Positions 33,386-43,006 of a DNA stretch of 63,968 nt are shown one piece after another. Every line of letters begins with the position of its first letter. The first letter of the stretch is position 1. Origin of the DNA: an uncultured delta proteobacterium (lineage in GTDB: Bacteria; Myxococcota; Myxococcia; Myxococcales; Anaeromyxobacteraceae); NCBI GenBank assembly GCA_963845515.1, contig CAWJSR010000011.1:1-63968 (forward strand), written 5' to 3'. Below the pieces are notes generated by a model. It saw nothing but the letters and a program-made list of their open reading frames with translations. It was not told the origin of the DNA and made no database searches. The translations under genes and the position numbers were made by a program.

Positions 33386-36028
33386 ATGGACCTCCTCCCG
33401 ATCGACCCGCTCCTCCCGGAGATCGTCGACGCGCTCCGTGCCGCGCCGTCGCTCGTCATCGAGGCGCCGCCGGGCGCGGGCAAGACGACGCGCGTCCCGT
33501 CAGCGCTGCTCGCTGGCCGGATCGCCGGCGACAAGGAGATCGTCGTCCTGGAGCCGCGGCGGCTCGCGGCGCGGCTCGCGGCGCGCCGCGTCGCCGAGGA
33601 GCTCGGGGAGAAGGCCGGCGAGACGGCGGGCTACCAGGTCCGGTTCGAGGACGTGACCTCGCCGCGGACGCGGATCCGCTTCGTCACCGAGGGGCTCCTC
33701 ACCCGGCAGCTCCTCTCCGCGCCCACCCTCCCCTCCGTCGGCGTCGTCCTGCTCGACGAGTTCCACGAACGCCACCTCCAGGGCGACCTCGCGCTCGCGC
33801 TGCTGCGCCGGCTCCAGCGCACCGCCCGGCCGGATCTGAAGCTGGTGGCCATGTCGGCGACGCTCGACGCGGCCCCGGTGGCCCGCTACCTGGGGGCCGC
33901 GACGATCCGCTCGGAGGGGCGCCGGTTCGAGGTCGCCGTCGAGTACCTCTCTCCGGAGGAGGCGGCCCGCAAGGACGTCCGGCTGGAGGAGCGGGTGGCG
34001 CGCGCCGTGCGGCAGCTGGTGCGCGAGCTGCCGGAGGGGCACGTCCTCGTCTTCCTCCCCGGCGCGGCCGAGATCCGCCGCGCCGCCGACGCGCTCTCGG
34101 CCTTCGCCGAGCAGGCTGGGATCGACCTCCTGCCGCTGCACGGCGACCTCCCGCCGGAAGAGCAGGACCGCGCCGTGCGGCCTGGCCGCCGGCGGAAGGT
34201 GCTCCTCTCTACCAACGTCGCCGAGAGCTCGGTCACCATCGACGGCGTCGTGGCGGTCGTCGACTCCGGCCTCGCCCGGATCGCTTCGCACTCCCCGTGG
34301 TCGGGCCTCCCGTCGCTGGAGGTCCGGAAGGTGAGCCGCGCCTCGGCGACCCAGCGCGCCGGGCGAGCGGGGCGGCAGGGGCCCGGACGGGCGCTGCGGC
34401 TCTACACGCGCCACGACCACGACGCCCGCCCCGAGTTCGAGACGCCCGAGATCGAGCGGGAGGACCTGGCGGAGACGCTGCTCGCCCTCGCGTCCCTCGG
34501 TGGGCGGGACGGGTTCGAGTGGTTCGAGCCGCCGCCGCCGGCGGCCGAGCAGGCGGCGACGGAGCTCCTGCGCCGGCTCGGCGCGACGCGACCGGACGGC
34601 TCGCTCACGGCGGAGGGGCGCGAGCTGCTGCGCCTCCCGCTCCACCCGAGGCAGGGGCGCCTCCTCGTCGAGGCCGCCCGTCGTGGCGCGGGGCGGGAGG
34701 GGGCGCTCCTCGCGGCGCTCCTCGGCGAGCGGGACCTGCGCGACCGCCGCGCGCTCGAAGGGGTGAAGCTTCCGGCAACCGGCCCCTCCGACCTGCTGGA
34801 GCTGGCCCAGCTCTTCGAGGAGGCTGAGCGGAGCCGCTTCGATCCCGATCGGCTTCGGCGGATGGGGGTGAGCGTCGGTGCCGCGCGGGCAGTGGACCGG
34901 AGCAGGAGGCAGCTGCTGCGGCTGGTGAGGACTCCAACGATCGAGCCGCCCCTCACCAGGGCAGCGCCTGGCGGCGCGGCCCCCTCCCCGGCCGGAACCG
35001 GGGAGAGGGTTGATCCTTCCAGGAGGGAGAGCTTGCTGGAGGAGGCGCTCCTGATGGCGACGCTGGCGGCGTTCCCCGACCGCGTCGGACGCCGGCGCGC
35101 GCCGGGCTCGGATGAGGTGGTCCTGGTCGGCGGTGGGAGCGCGAAGCTCGATCCGGCCTCGGTCGTCCGCGACGCGGCGCTCCTCGTCGCGCTCGACGCC
35201 GAGGAGCGTAAGGGCGACCGGCGCATCCCCGGCGGCGGCCGCTCGGAGGTGCGGGTCCGGATCGCGAGCGCCGTGACGCAGGAGCAGCTCCTCGACCTGT
35301 TCCCCGACGCGCTCCGGTACGCCGAGGAGGTCACCTGGCACGAGACGGCCGAGCGCGTCGACGCGGTCGAGCGGCTCCTCTACGAGGACCTCGTCCTGGA
35401 GGAGACGCGCGCGAAGAAGGCGGACCCGGCGAAGGTCGCGGCCCTGCTCTTCGAGCACGCGAACGCCCGCGGGGCGCGTGGCTTCACCGAGGAGGGCGCG
35501 CTCGACCGCCTGGCCGCGCGCCTCGCCTTCGCGGCCCAGCACGCGCCCGACTCGGGGATCTCGCCGCCCACCGAGGGAGACTTCTCCGCGGCGCTGCGCG
35601 ATCTCTGTGAAGGGCGCCGCTCCTTCGCAGAGCTGCGCGACGGCGATCTCCCCGCGGCGCTCCTCGGCCGGCTCGACCCGAAGACGCGAGGCCAGCTCGA
35701 GCGGCTCGCGCCCGAGCGGGTGACGCTGCCCGGCGGACGCGGCGTGCGGGTCAGCTACGAGCCGGGCAAGCCGCCGTGGATCGAGAGCAGGCTCCAGGAC
35801 TTCTTCGGGATGGCGCAGGGGCCCGCGCTCGCCGGCGGGCGGGTCCCGCTGGTGCTCCACCTGCTCGCGCCGAACCAGCGGGCGGTGCAGGTCACGACCG
35901 ATCTCGCCGGCTTCTGGTCGCGCCACTACCCGGCGCTCCGGCGCGAGCTGGGGCGGCGCTACCCGCGCCACGCCTGGCCCGAGGATCCGCTCACCGCGCA
36001 GCCGCCAGTGCCGCGGGGAAGGCGATAG
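33386..36028 (+). CDS. hrpB: ATP-dependent RNA helicase HrpB
   Basis: APPGAGKTT, LEPRRLAAR, DEFHER, MSAT, FLPG, STNVAESSVTIDG, QRAGRAGR, C-terminal LLAPNQRAVQVTTDL..YPRHAWP. Confidence 0.96.
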   Translation: MDLLPIDPLLPEIVDALRAAPSLVIEAPPGAGKTTRVPSALLAGRIAGDKEIVVLEPRRLAARLAARRVAEELGEKAGETAGYQVRFEDVTSPRTRIRFVTEGLLTRQLLSAPTLPSVGVVLLDEFHERHLQGDLALALLRRLQRTARPDLKLVAMSATLDAAPVARYLGAATIRSEGRRFEVAVEYLSPEEAARKDVRLEERVARAVRQLVRELPEGHVLVFLPGAAEIRRAADALSAFAEQAGIDLLPLHGDLPPEEQDRAVRPGRRRKVLLSTNVAESSVTIDGVVAVVDSGLARIASHSPWSGLPSLEVRKVSRASATQRAGRAGRQGPGRALRLYTRHDHDARPEFETPEIEREDLAETLLALASLGGRDGFEWFEPPPPAAEQAATELLRRLGATRPDGSLTAEGRELLRLPLHPRQGRLLVEAARRGAGREGALLAALLGERDLRDRRALEGVKLPATGPSDLLELAQLFEEAERSRFDPDRLRRMGVSVGAARAVDRSRRQLLRLVRTPTIEPPLTRAAPGGAAPSPAGTGERVDPSRRESLLEEALLMATLAAFPDRVGRRRAPGSDEVVLVGGGSAKLDPASVVRDAALLVALDAEERKGDRRIPGGGRSEVRVRIASAVTQEQLLDLFPDALRYAEEVTWHETAERVDAVERLLYEDLVLEETRAKKADPAKVAALLFEHANARGARGFTEEGALDRLAARLAFAAQHAPDSGISPPTEGDFSAALRDLCEGRRSFAELRDGDLPAALLGRLDPKTRGQLERLAPERVTLPGGRGVRVSYEPGKPPWIESRLQDFFGMAQGPALAGGRVPLVLHLLAPNQRAVQVTTDLAGFWSRHYPALRRELGRRYPRHAWPEDPLTAQPPVPRGRR
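34949..35009. repeat. REP-like palindrome inside the hrpB reading frame
   Basis: CCCCTCACC..CCCCTCCCCGG-CCGGAA-CCGGGGAGAGGG; translated as PLTRAAPGGAAPSPAGTGERV. Confidence 0.65.
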
Positions 36029-36052
36029 CGGGGTGCTGGTATATGTTTCTTT

Positions 36053-36079
36053 CCCCTCTCCCTCGATGAGGGAGAGGGG
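36053..36079. repeat. REP-like perfect 12-bp hairpin
   Basis: CCCCTCTCCCTC-GAT-GAGGGAGAGGGG after hrpB. Confidence 0.8.
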
Positions 36080-36098
36080 GCGTCGACAGGCTGCGACA

Positions 36099-37268
36099 AT
36101 GGACGGCTCGATGACCCCCACCTCCCCCGAGATCGGCTGGCGCGACGCGAGCGGCGAGCGGCGCGCCGCGTGGCTCGGCCAGGACCGCCCGCCGCTGCAG
36201 GTCGGCACCGCCGACGACTCGATCAAGGCCGGCGAGGCGCTCCAGCGCGCGAAGCGGGGCGAGGCGCTCGTCTGGACGGGCGACTACCACGGCGCGCGCC
36301 AGCTCCTCGCCGCCATGGGGCGCCGGATCGATGCTGGAGGGCGCGCGCCGCGCGAGCGCGACCTCCGCGCGCTCTTCCGCGCCGAGCGGGAGCGCAAGCG
36401 GCAGGAGCACCTCCTGCTCGGCCGGATCCTGGTGCCGGTGGATCCGGGCTTCCTCGTCCCGCTGCGCCGGGCCCCCCACGTCGAGGCTCCGATGACGGAG
36501 GCGCTGGGGGCCAACGCCCGGCTCCCGGGGATCCTGCCGCTCCGTGAGCTCCTGGGGATGATCGGCGCGCACGAGTGGCTGGTGAAGGGGGTGCTCGTCC
36601 CGGCGCTCGGCGACGGAGCGCGCGTGCACCCGCACTACGGTGTCTTCGCGCCGGTGCGAGGCGAGTATGTGGACCTGGTCGCGCGCGCGTCCGCGCGGTG
36701 GCCCGTGGAGGGGAAGCTCGCCCACGACGTCGGCACGGGGACCGGCGTCCTGGCGCTGGTCCTGGCGCAGCGCGGTGCCCGGGTCGTCGCGACCGACATA
36801 GAGCCGCGCGCGGTCGCGTGCGCCAGGGACAACGCGAGCCGCTTCGACCTCGCCGGGCGGATAGACGTGCTCGAGGCCGACCTGTTCGCAGGCGGCAGGG
36901 CCGACCTGGTCGTCTCCAACCCGCCCTGGATCCCCGCGGAGCCGGTGGGGCTCCTCGACCGCGCGGTCTACGATCCGTCCGGGATGCTGCTCGACCGGAT
37001 CGTCTCCGACCTCCCCGTCCGGCTCACCCCCGGCGGCGAAGGCTGGATCATCGTCTCCGACCTGGCCGAGCGGCTGGGGCTGCGGCGCCCCGGTCACCTC
37101 GAGGCGCTCGCGGCGCGGGTGGGGCTGAACGTCGCCGACGTCCTCGAGGCGGCGCCTTCGCACCCCCGCACGCGCGAGCTGTCGGATCCGCTGCACGCGG
37201 CCCGGTCGAAGGAGGTCACCCGTCTGTACCGGCTCACCGAGGGTGGCGCGGGCGTCGGATCCCCCTGA
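36099..37268 (+). CDS. Class I SAM-dependent methyltransferase (MTS/PrmC-like)
   Basis: HPHYGVFAPVRGEY, DVGTGTG, VSNPPW. Start 36099 or 36111. Confidence 0.88.
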   Translation: MDGSMTPTSPEIGWRDASGERRAAWLGQDRPPLQVGTADDSIKAGEALQRAKRGEALVWTGDYHGARQLLAAMGRRIDAGGRAPRERDLRALFRAERERKRQEHLLLGRILVPVDPGFLVPLRRAPHVEAPMTEALGANARLPGILPLRELLGMIGAHEWLVKGVLVPALGDGARVHPHYGVFAPVRGEYVDLVARASARWPVEGKLAHDVGTGTGVLALVLAQRGARVVATDIEPRAVACARDNASRFDLAGRIDVLEADLFAGGRADLVVSNPPWIPAEPVGLLDRAVYDPSGMLLDRIVSDLPVRLTPGGEGWIIVSDLAERLGLRRPGHLEALAARVGLNVADVLEAAPSHPRTRELSDPLHAARSKEVTRLYRLTEGGAGVGSP

Positions 37269-37348
37269 ATCCACGCGCCCTTGGGGAGGGTCACGCCTTC
37301 CCGCCCCCGCGCGCGCCGGTCCCGAGTTACACCATGGGCTGACCGGCC

Positions 37349-38692
37349 GTGAACGGGCCGGGGGAGTTGGTCATAGTCCACGAGCTGGCAATCATCCTCG
37401 CCCTCATCGGCGCCAACGCGGTCTTCGCCGCCGCGGAGATCTCGATCGTCGCGGTGCGCCGCACGCGGCTCACCAGCCTGATCGAGCAGGGACGGCGCTC
37501 CGCGCGGGCGGTGCAGCGGCTGCGCGACGAGCCCGAGCGCTTCCTCGCCACGGTCCAGGTCGGGATCACCGTCGTGTCGGCCACCGCGGCTGCCGTCGGC
37601 GGCGCCTCGCTCGCAGTCCGGTTCGCGCCGGCGGTCGCGCGGATCGACCCGCTCGCGCCGTACGCGGAGCAGATCGCCCTCGGGCTCGTGGTCGCGCTCG
37701 TCTCCTTCCTGACGATCGTCCTCGGCGAGCTCGTGCCCAAGTCGGTGGCGATGCGGTCGCCCGAGCCGATCGCGCTCGCGGCGGGGCGCCCGCTCCTCGC
37801 GCTCGCCGGGTTCGCCCGCCCCTTCGTCTGGCTCCTGACCGGCGCCTCCAACCTGATCCTCCGGCCGTTCGGGGACCGGACCACCTTCACCGAGTCGCGC
37901 CTCTCCCCGGAGGAGCTGGAGCAGCTCGTGGAGGAGGCGGGAAAGACGGGCGAGCTCGACGCCTCGACCGCCGAGATCGCCGGCCGCGCGCTCGCCTTCC
38001 GCGACCTGCACGCCTCCGACGTGATGGTCCCGCGCAACCGGATCGTGGCGCTCGCGCTCGACGCCTCGCAGGAGGAGCTGCGGCGCCTGATGCTCGAGGA
38101 GGGGCGCGCGCGCATGCCGGTCTACGAGGGGACGCTCGACAACGTCGTCGGCTACGTCATGGCGAAGGACTTCGCCTCGCTCGCCTGGGAGCGTGAGCTG
38201 ATCCTGCTCCCCGACCTGCTGCGCCCGGTCCTCTTCGTCCCCGAGACGGCGCCGGCCGTCCGCGTCCTGCGCGACATGCAGCACCGCCGCACCCAGCTCG
38301 CGATCGCCGTCGACGAGCACGGCGGCGTCGCCGGCCTCATCACCCTGGAGGACCTCGTCGAGGAGCTGGTCGGCGAGATCTTCTCCGAGTGGGAGCAGCC
38401 GGAGCCGCTCGTCCGGCGCGATCCCTCCGGCGCCGCCGTCGTGCGCGGCGACACGCCGATCCGCGACCTGAACCGCGAGCTCTCCATCGAGCTGCCCGAG
38501 GGCGACGACTACACGACCATCGCTGGGCTCTGCATCGCCCTCGCCGGCGCCGTCCCGGAGCGCGGCGCGAAGCTCGACGCGGGGCGGGGCGTGACGCTGG
38601 AGGTCGAGGACGCGTCGCCGCGCGCGGTCCGGTCGGTCCGCGTGCAGGTCGCGCAGCCCGTGTCCGGCCCGGATGGAGAGCGCCCCGAGTAG
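37349..38692 (+). CDS. Hemolysin-family/CNNM (DUF21-CBS-CorC_HlyC) membrane protein
   Basis: NAVFAAAEISIV, FLATVQVGIT, GELVPKS, VMVPR, DEHGGVAGLITLEDLVEELVGEI, YTTIAG. Confidence 0.93.
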   Translation: MNGPGELVIVHELAIILALIGANAVFAAAEISIVAVRRTRLTSLIEQGRRSARAVQRLRDEPERFLATVQVGITVVSATAAAVGGASLAVRFAPAVARIDPLAPYAEQIALGLVVALVSFLTIVLGELVPKSVAMRSPEPIALAAGRPLLALAGFARPFVWLLTGASNLILRPFGDRTTFTESRLSPEELEQLVEEAGKTGELDASTAEIAGRALAFRDLHASDVMVPRNRIVALALDASQEELRRLMLEEGRARMPVYEGTLDNVVGYVMAKDFASLAWERELILLPDLLRPVLFVPETAPAVRVLRDMQHRRTQLAIAVDEHGGVAGLITLEDLVEELVGEIFSEWEQPEPLVRRDPSGAAVVRGDTPIRDLNRELSIELPEGDDYTTIAGLCIALAGAVPERGAKLDAGRGVTLEVEDASPRAVRSVRVQVAQPVSGPDGERPE

Positions 38693-38789
38693 CGCCGCCG
38701 CCAGGGGCTCGTCGGAGCGAAATCAACCCCATTTGGGGCTGGGCCGCGACGAGGCCGACGCGGTGCGTCGCAAACTGCGTAATCCGGCG

Positions 38790-38811
38790 TTTGCCCTCTG
38801 ATAAAGGCAAA
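38790..38811. promoter_or_regulatory. Palindromic operator candidate TTTGCC-N10-GGCAAA
   Basis: Perfect 6-bp inverted repeat in an AT-richer patch ~110 bp upstream of the acyl-CoA dehydrogenase operon. Confidence 0.35.
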
Positions 38812-38922
38812 ATGCCACACGCCCTCCGCAGCGCCTCTGCTAGCCTTCGCCCTCCTGTTTGTCGCACAGCAACCCAAACCGAGCGTGCGGCCGCGCCGCT
38901 CGTCTTCGCGGGGAATCCAGTG

Positions 38923-41151
38923 ATGCCCACGGCTACAGCCACGACCGACGCACCTGCCCAGAACGACACGCTCCGGACGCTCCCGGGCGACGACGTCCGC
39001 CAGATCATGTGGCAGTTCGCGGACCGGTACGATCTCCAGATGCTCGTCCAGTCCACGCGCGGCGTCGCCCGCGGCCCCGTCGCCAGGCTCGCCGCCAGCG
39101 GCGGCTGGAACAGCCACGAGTGGACGCCCGAGAAGAACGAGCTGCTCGCCCACTACGACGCCGCCGGCATCACCGCGTCGTTCATGGATCCCGAGCAGGG
39201 CGGCTTCATCACCGGCCCGAAGAACCTCGCCCTCGCGCTCGCGGCCTTCGAGCTGGCGTGGGTCGACGCGGGCGCCGCGACCGGCGCGCTCGCCAGCTTC
39301 CTCGGCCTCTCCCCCATCAAGGAGAAGGGCACGCCCGAGCAGTTCCAGAAGTACATGAGCCTCGCCGCGCCGCCCAAGGACGGCGACGACCGGAAGCCCT
39401 GGCGCGCCGCGTTCGCGCTCACCGAGCCGATCCCGTACGTCGGCATCGACACCGGGATGCTGTGCGGGAAGGTGAAGATCGCCGAGTGGAAGGACGGGCA
39501 GGAGCCGGTCCTCCACGTCGACAAGCGCGGCCGCTTCATCACCAACATGGGCTTCGCCAACTTCGTCACGGTGGCCGTCGACTCCGCCGATCCCCGGATC
39601 AAGGGGAGCTGCATGGTGATCCTGGAGGAGACCGATCCGGGCACCTTCGACCGCGGCACGGCCACCAAGAAGCTGGTCCACCAGCTCTCCTCCACCAACG
39701 ACCCGATCTTCAGCCAGCAGATCCCAGCCGACCGGATCGTCGGCGGCTACACGGTCAAGGACGGCGTCATCGTCCCGAACTTCGACCACTCCACCATCAT
39801 CGAGGCGGTCTTCGCGCGGACGCGCGTCGCCGTCGGCGTGATGACGTCGGCGAAGCTCCTCTCCGCCGTCGAGCCGATCATCCGGTACCACCGGCAGCGC
39901 TTCCGCGGCGCCGAGCAGGCCGTCCCCGGGTCGGTCCGCTACGAGCTGGGCATCCAGCAGCGCCAGGACGCCCTCCACCGGCTGGTCGAGGTCTGGGCCA
40001 CCGGCGAGGCGGCCGCCTCCATCGGGTTCTCCGCCGCGCGCCTCTACGACCAGATCGACCCGCTCGAGCGGAAGAAGGACGCGCTGCTCCAGGCGCAGGG
40101 GATCTCCCGCGGCCGCGCCGAGATGAAGTGGGCGAAGGGGATGGAGGCGAAGGCGATCGAGCTGCTCGAGCTGAAGGCGCACCCCCACGGCGCGAAGCAG
40201 GACGCCCGGATCGCCGAGCTGGAGGCGGACGAGCTGGTGCAGTTCACGCTCCTCGCCTCGGCCGCCAACGTCCTCTGCCCGGCGTCCAAGCTCTGGTGCA
40301 CCGGCCACGGCGCCACGGTCATGCGCGAGGCGGTCTCGCTCATGGGCGGCTACGGCATCACCGAGGACTGCCCCGGCTTCCTCGGCAAGAAGTGGATGGA
40401 CGCGCAGCTCGAGGCCACCTACGAGGGGCCGGAGGCGGTCCAGCGCCGCCACCTGTCGGTGACGATGGGCCAGCCGCTCTTCCTGGCGCAGCTGAAGAGC
40501 TGGATCCGCGAGCTCCGCCACCTCTCCTCGGTCCACGTCGGCCACGGCGCCTGCGGCCTCGCGAGCGCCATGGAGCTCTGGCTCTGGACGTACCGCCACA
40601 TCGAGAAGGCGGTGGACGCCAACGGCGTGAAGCTCTCGCAGTCGCCACGCCAGGGCGTCAGCTTCAAGATGGCCGACGCGCTCGCCTGGCTGCTGGCGTC
40701 GCGGGCCCAGATCCTGGACGCGATCCGGCTCGCAGAGGAGGGCGCCGCCGTCCTCGGCGACGCGCATCCGGGCACCTCGCGCTTCTTCGCCGACCTGTGC
40801 AAGGTCCAGGCGACGCGCGCGGCGGGCGAGGTCGGCCGCATCTGCGCCGAGCTGGTCCATGGCTACAACCGCCACCCGACCTGGGACGCCGAGGGGCGCA
40901 AGGCCTGCTGGTCGGTCTGCGACATGGAGTCGCTCGAGGAGGTCTTCCCCGAGCTGGGCTCGGGCCAGGCCCCGGCCCACACCCACGCGGACAAGGAAGG
41001 GCCCTGCGTGGGCTGCGAGGGGGCGGCCGACTTCCGGACGCTCCGCGCCAAGCTCGACGGCTGCATCACCGGCGCGTACCTCGCGAAGGATCGCGCCGCC
41101 GAGGCGCTCTCGAAGGTGATGATCCCCGAGGCGCTCGACTACCCGGTCTAG
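38923..41151 (+). CDS. Long acyl-CoA dehydrogenase family protein (743 aa)
   Basis: AFALTEP, GRFITN, SKLWCTG, AVSLMGGYGITED, ATYEGPEAVQ. Confidence 0.9.
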   Translation: MPTATATTDAPAQNDTLRTLPGDDVRQIMWQFADRYDLQMLVQSTRGVARGPVARLAASGGWNSHEWTPEKNELLAHYDAAGITASFMDPEQGGFITGPKNLALALAAFELAWVDAGAATGALASFLGLSPIKEKGTPEQFQKYMSLAAPPKDGDDRKPWRAAFALTEPIPYVGIDTGMLCGKVKIAEWKDGQEPVLHVDKRGRFITNMGFANFVTVAVDSADPRIKGSCMVILEETDPGTFDRGTATKKLVHQLSSTNDPIFSQQIPADRIVGGYTVKDGVIVPNFDHSTIIEAVFARTRVAVGVMTSAKLLSAVEPIIRYHRQRFRGAEQAVPGSVRYELGIQQRQDALHRLVEVWATGEAAASIGFSAARLYDQIDPLERKKDALLQAQGISRGRAEMKWAKGMEAKAIELLELKAHPHGAKQDARIAELEADELVQFTLLASAANVLCPASKLWCTGHGATVMREAVSLMGGYGITEDCPGFLGKKWMDAQLEATYEGPEAVQRRHLSVTMGQPLFLAQLKSWIRELRHLSSVHVGHGACGLASAMELWLWTYRHIEKAVDANGVKLSQSPRQGVSFKMADALAWLLASRAQILDAIRLAEEGAAVLGDAHPGTSRFFADLCKVQATRAAGEVGRICAELVHGYNRHPTWDAEGRKACWSVCDMESLEEVFPELGSGQAPAHTHADKEGPCVGCEGAADFRTLRAKLDGCITGAYLAKDRAAEALSKVMIPEALDYPV

Positions 41152-41160
41152 GAGCCCAAC

Positions 41161-43005
41161 ATGGATAGGCAGTCCATGGCGGTCGACATCGCCTGCGTCG
41201 GCTTCGGCCCGGCGATGGCCGGCTTCCTCACCACGCTCTCGCGCCGGCTCGCCGACGCGGAGAAGTCCCCGCTCGAGAGCGGGGCGGCGCCCGGCATGCC
41301 GCTGCAGGTAGTCTGCTACGAGCGCGCCGACGACGCCGCCTTCGGCGTCTCGGGCATCGTCACGCGCGCGCGTGGCATCCGCGAGGGGCTGCCCGGCTTC
41401 GACGCCTCGCAGATCCCCATGGCCGCGCCGGTGAAGGACGAGAAGGTCGTCTGGCTCTTCGACCCGATCGGCGCGTCGCGCCGCTCCGGTGCGCTGACAG
41501 CGGCCGAGGCGCTCCTCAAGGCGACGCGGCTCGTCATGGGGTCGGCCCCCGACGCCGTCGAGCTGCCGTGGACCCCCTCCTTCCTGCACAAGCAGGACGG
41601 CTTCATCTTCTCGATGGGGCAGCTGATGCAGTTCATGAGCTCGCAGGTGCTCTCCACCGGGACGGTCCAGATCTGGCCCGGGACGCCCGTGGCCGAGGCG
41701 CTGCTGGGCGAGGACGGCAAGACCGTCACGGGGGTCCGGCTGGTCGACCAGGGGGTCGGCAAGCACGGGGAGCCGGAGGGGGCCTTCATGCCCGGCATGG
41801 ACGTCCTCGCCGCCCTCACGGTGGTGGGGGACGGACCGGTCGGCGCGGTCGGCCGCCAGCTCGATCGGCAGCTCGGCCTCCCGGCCGGGAGCCACGGTCG
41901 GCGCGACTGGGCCGTCGGCATGAAGTTCGTCGTCGACCTCCCCGAGGACACGCCGCTGCAGCCGGGGACGGTCCTCCACACGCTCGGCTTCCCCGAGCCG
42001 GAGATCTTCGGCTTCCTCTACGTCCACCCGGACCGCGTCGCCTCGGTCGGCATCTTCGTGCCGAGCTGGCTCGAGTCGCCCGTCCGGACCACCTACCGCT
42101 ACCTCCAGCACTTCGTGCAGCACCCCTACCTCTGGCGCTGGCTGCAGCACGCCAGGCTCCGGTCGTGGGGGGCGAAGTCGATCCTGGAGTCCGGCCGGCG
42201 TGGGGAGCCGACCCTCGCTGGCGACGGCTACGCCCGGATCGGCGAGAGCTCCGGGACGACCAACGTCCTGACCAACTCCGGCGTCGACGAGGCCTTCACC
42301 AGCGGCGTCCAGCTGGGCGAGGCGGTGATCGAGCTGCTCGAGGCCGGGAAGCCGCTCACCCGCGAGAACCTCGACGCGACCTACGTCGCGCGCCGGCGCG
42401 CGAGCTGGCTCGAGTCCGACGCGCGCGTCGCCGAGCGCGCGCGCGACGGGTTCCAGGACGGCGTGCTCTCGGGGCTGATCGGGACGGCCCTCACCGGGAT
42501 GACCGGCGGCGCCTTCCACATGGGCGACGAGCCGGCCCACCCGGCGAGCAAGATCGTCCCGCTCGAGTCGTTCTGGAAGGACCGGATCGGCCCCGCGGAG
42601 CTCGCGGCGATCCGGCAGGAGTGCGAGGTGAAGGGCGTCCCGCTCCACGACGCGATCATGGACCGCGTCGGCTGGCCGGCGATCCAGCTCGACGGCAACC
42701 TGCTCGTCACGCAGCAGGACGCGCTCCTCATGGGCGGCAAGGTCCAGGCGCCGCCCGGCTACGCCGACCACGTGGTCTTCGCCAGGCCGGAGCTCTGCCA
42801 GGCCTGCGATCGGAAGGTCTGCTTCGAGATCTGCTCCGCCGAGGCCATCCGGCCCGGCGAGGGCGGCGTCCCCACCTTCGATCGCGAGAAGTGCGTCCAC
42901 TGCGGCGCGTGCCTCTGGAGCTGCACGCAGCGCCTCGGCGGGACCGAAGAAGTGAACCTCCAGCTCCGCGCCGGCACGGGCGGGCTCCACTCCGCGGAGA
43001 ACTGA
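41161..43005 (+). CDS. ETF:quinone oxidoreductase-like FixC-FixX fusion
   Basis: FAD-binding VGFGPAMAG, WAVGMK, FGFLY, IGESSG; C-terminal ferredoxin CQAC..CFEICSAEA..KCVHCGACLWSC. Confidence 0.88.
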   Translation: MDRQSMAVDIACVGFGPAMAGFLTTLSRRLADAEKSPLESGAAPGMPLQVVCYERADDAAFGVSGIVTRARGIREGLPGFDASQIPMAAPVKDEKVVWLFDPIGASRRSGALTAAEALLKATRLVMGSAPDAVELPWTPSFLHKQDGFIFSMGQLMQFMSSQVLSTGTVQIWPGTPVAEALLGEDGKTVTGVRLVDQGVGKHGEPEGAFMPGMDVLAALTVVGDGPVGAVGRQLDRQLGLPAGSHGRRDWAVGMKFVVDLPEDTPLQPGTVLHTLGFPEPEIFGFLYVHPDRVASVGIFVPSWLESPVRTTYRYLQHFVQHPYLWRWLQHARLRSWGAKSILESGRRGEPTLAGDGYARIGESSGTTNVLTNSGVDEAFTSGVQLGEAVIELLEAGKPLTRENLDATYVARRRASWLESDARVAERARDGFQDGVLSGLIGTALTGMTGGAFHMGDEPAHPASKIVPLESFWKDRIGPAELAAIRQECEVKGVPLHDAIMDRVGWPAIQLDGNLLVTQQDALLMGGKVQAPPGYADHVVFARPELCQACDRKVCFEICSAEAIRPGEGGVPTFDREKCVHCGACLWSCTQRLGGTEEVNLQLRAGTGGLHSAEN

Positions 43006-43006
43006 G

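Noticed and set aside
38509..42990. 1493-aa minus-strand ORF
   Set aside because: Antisense shadow of the acyl-CoA dehydrogenase and FixCX genes.
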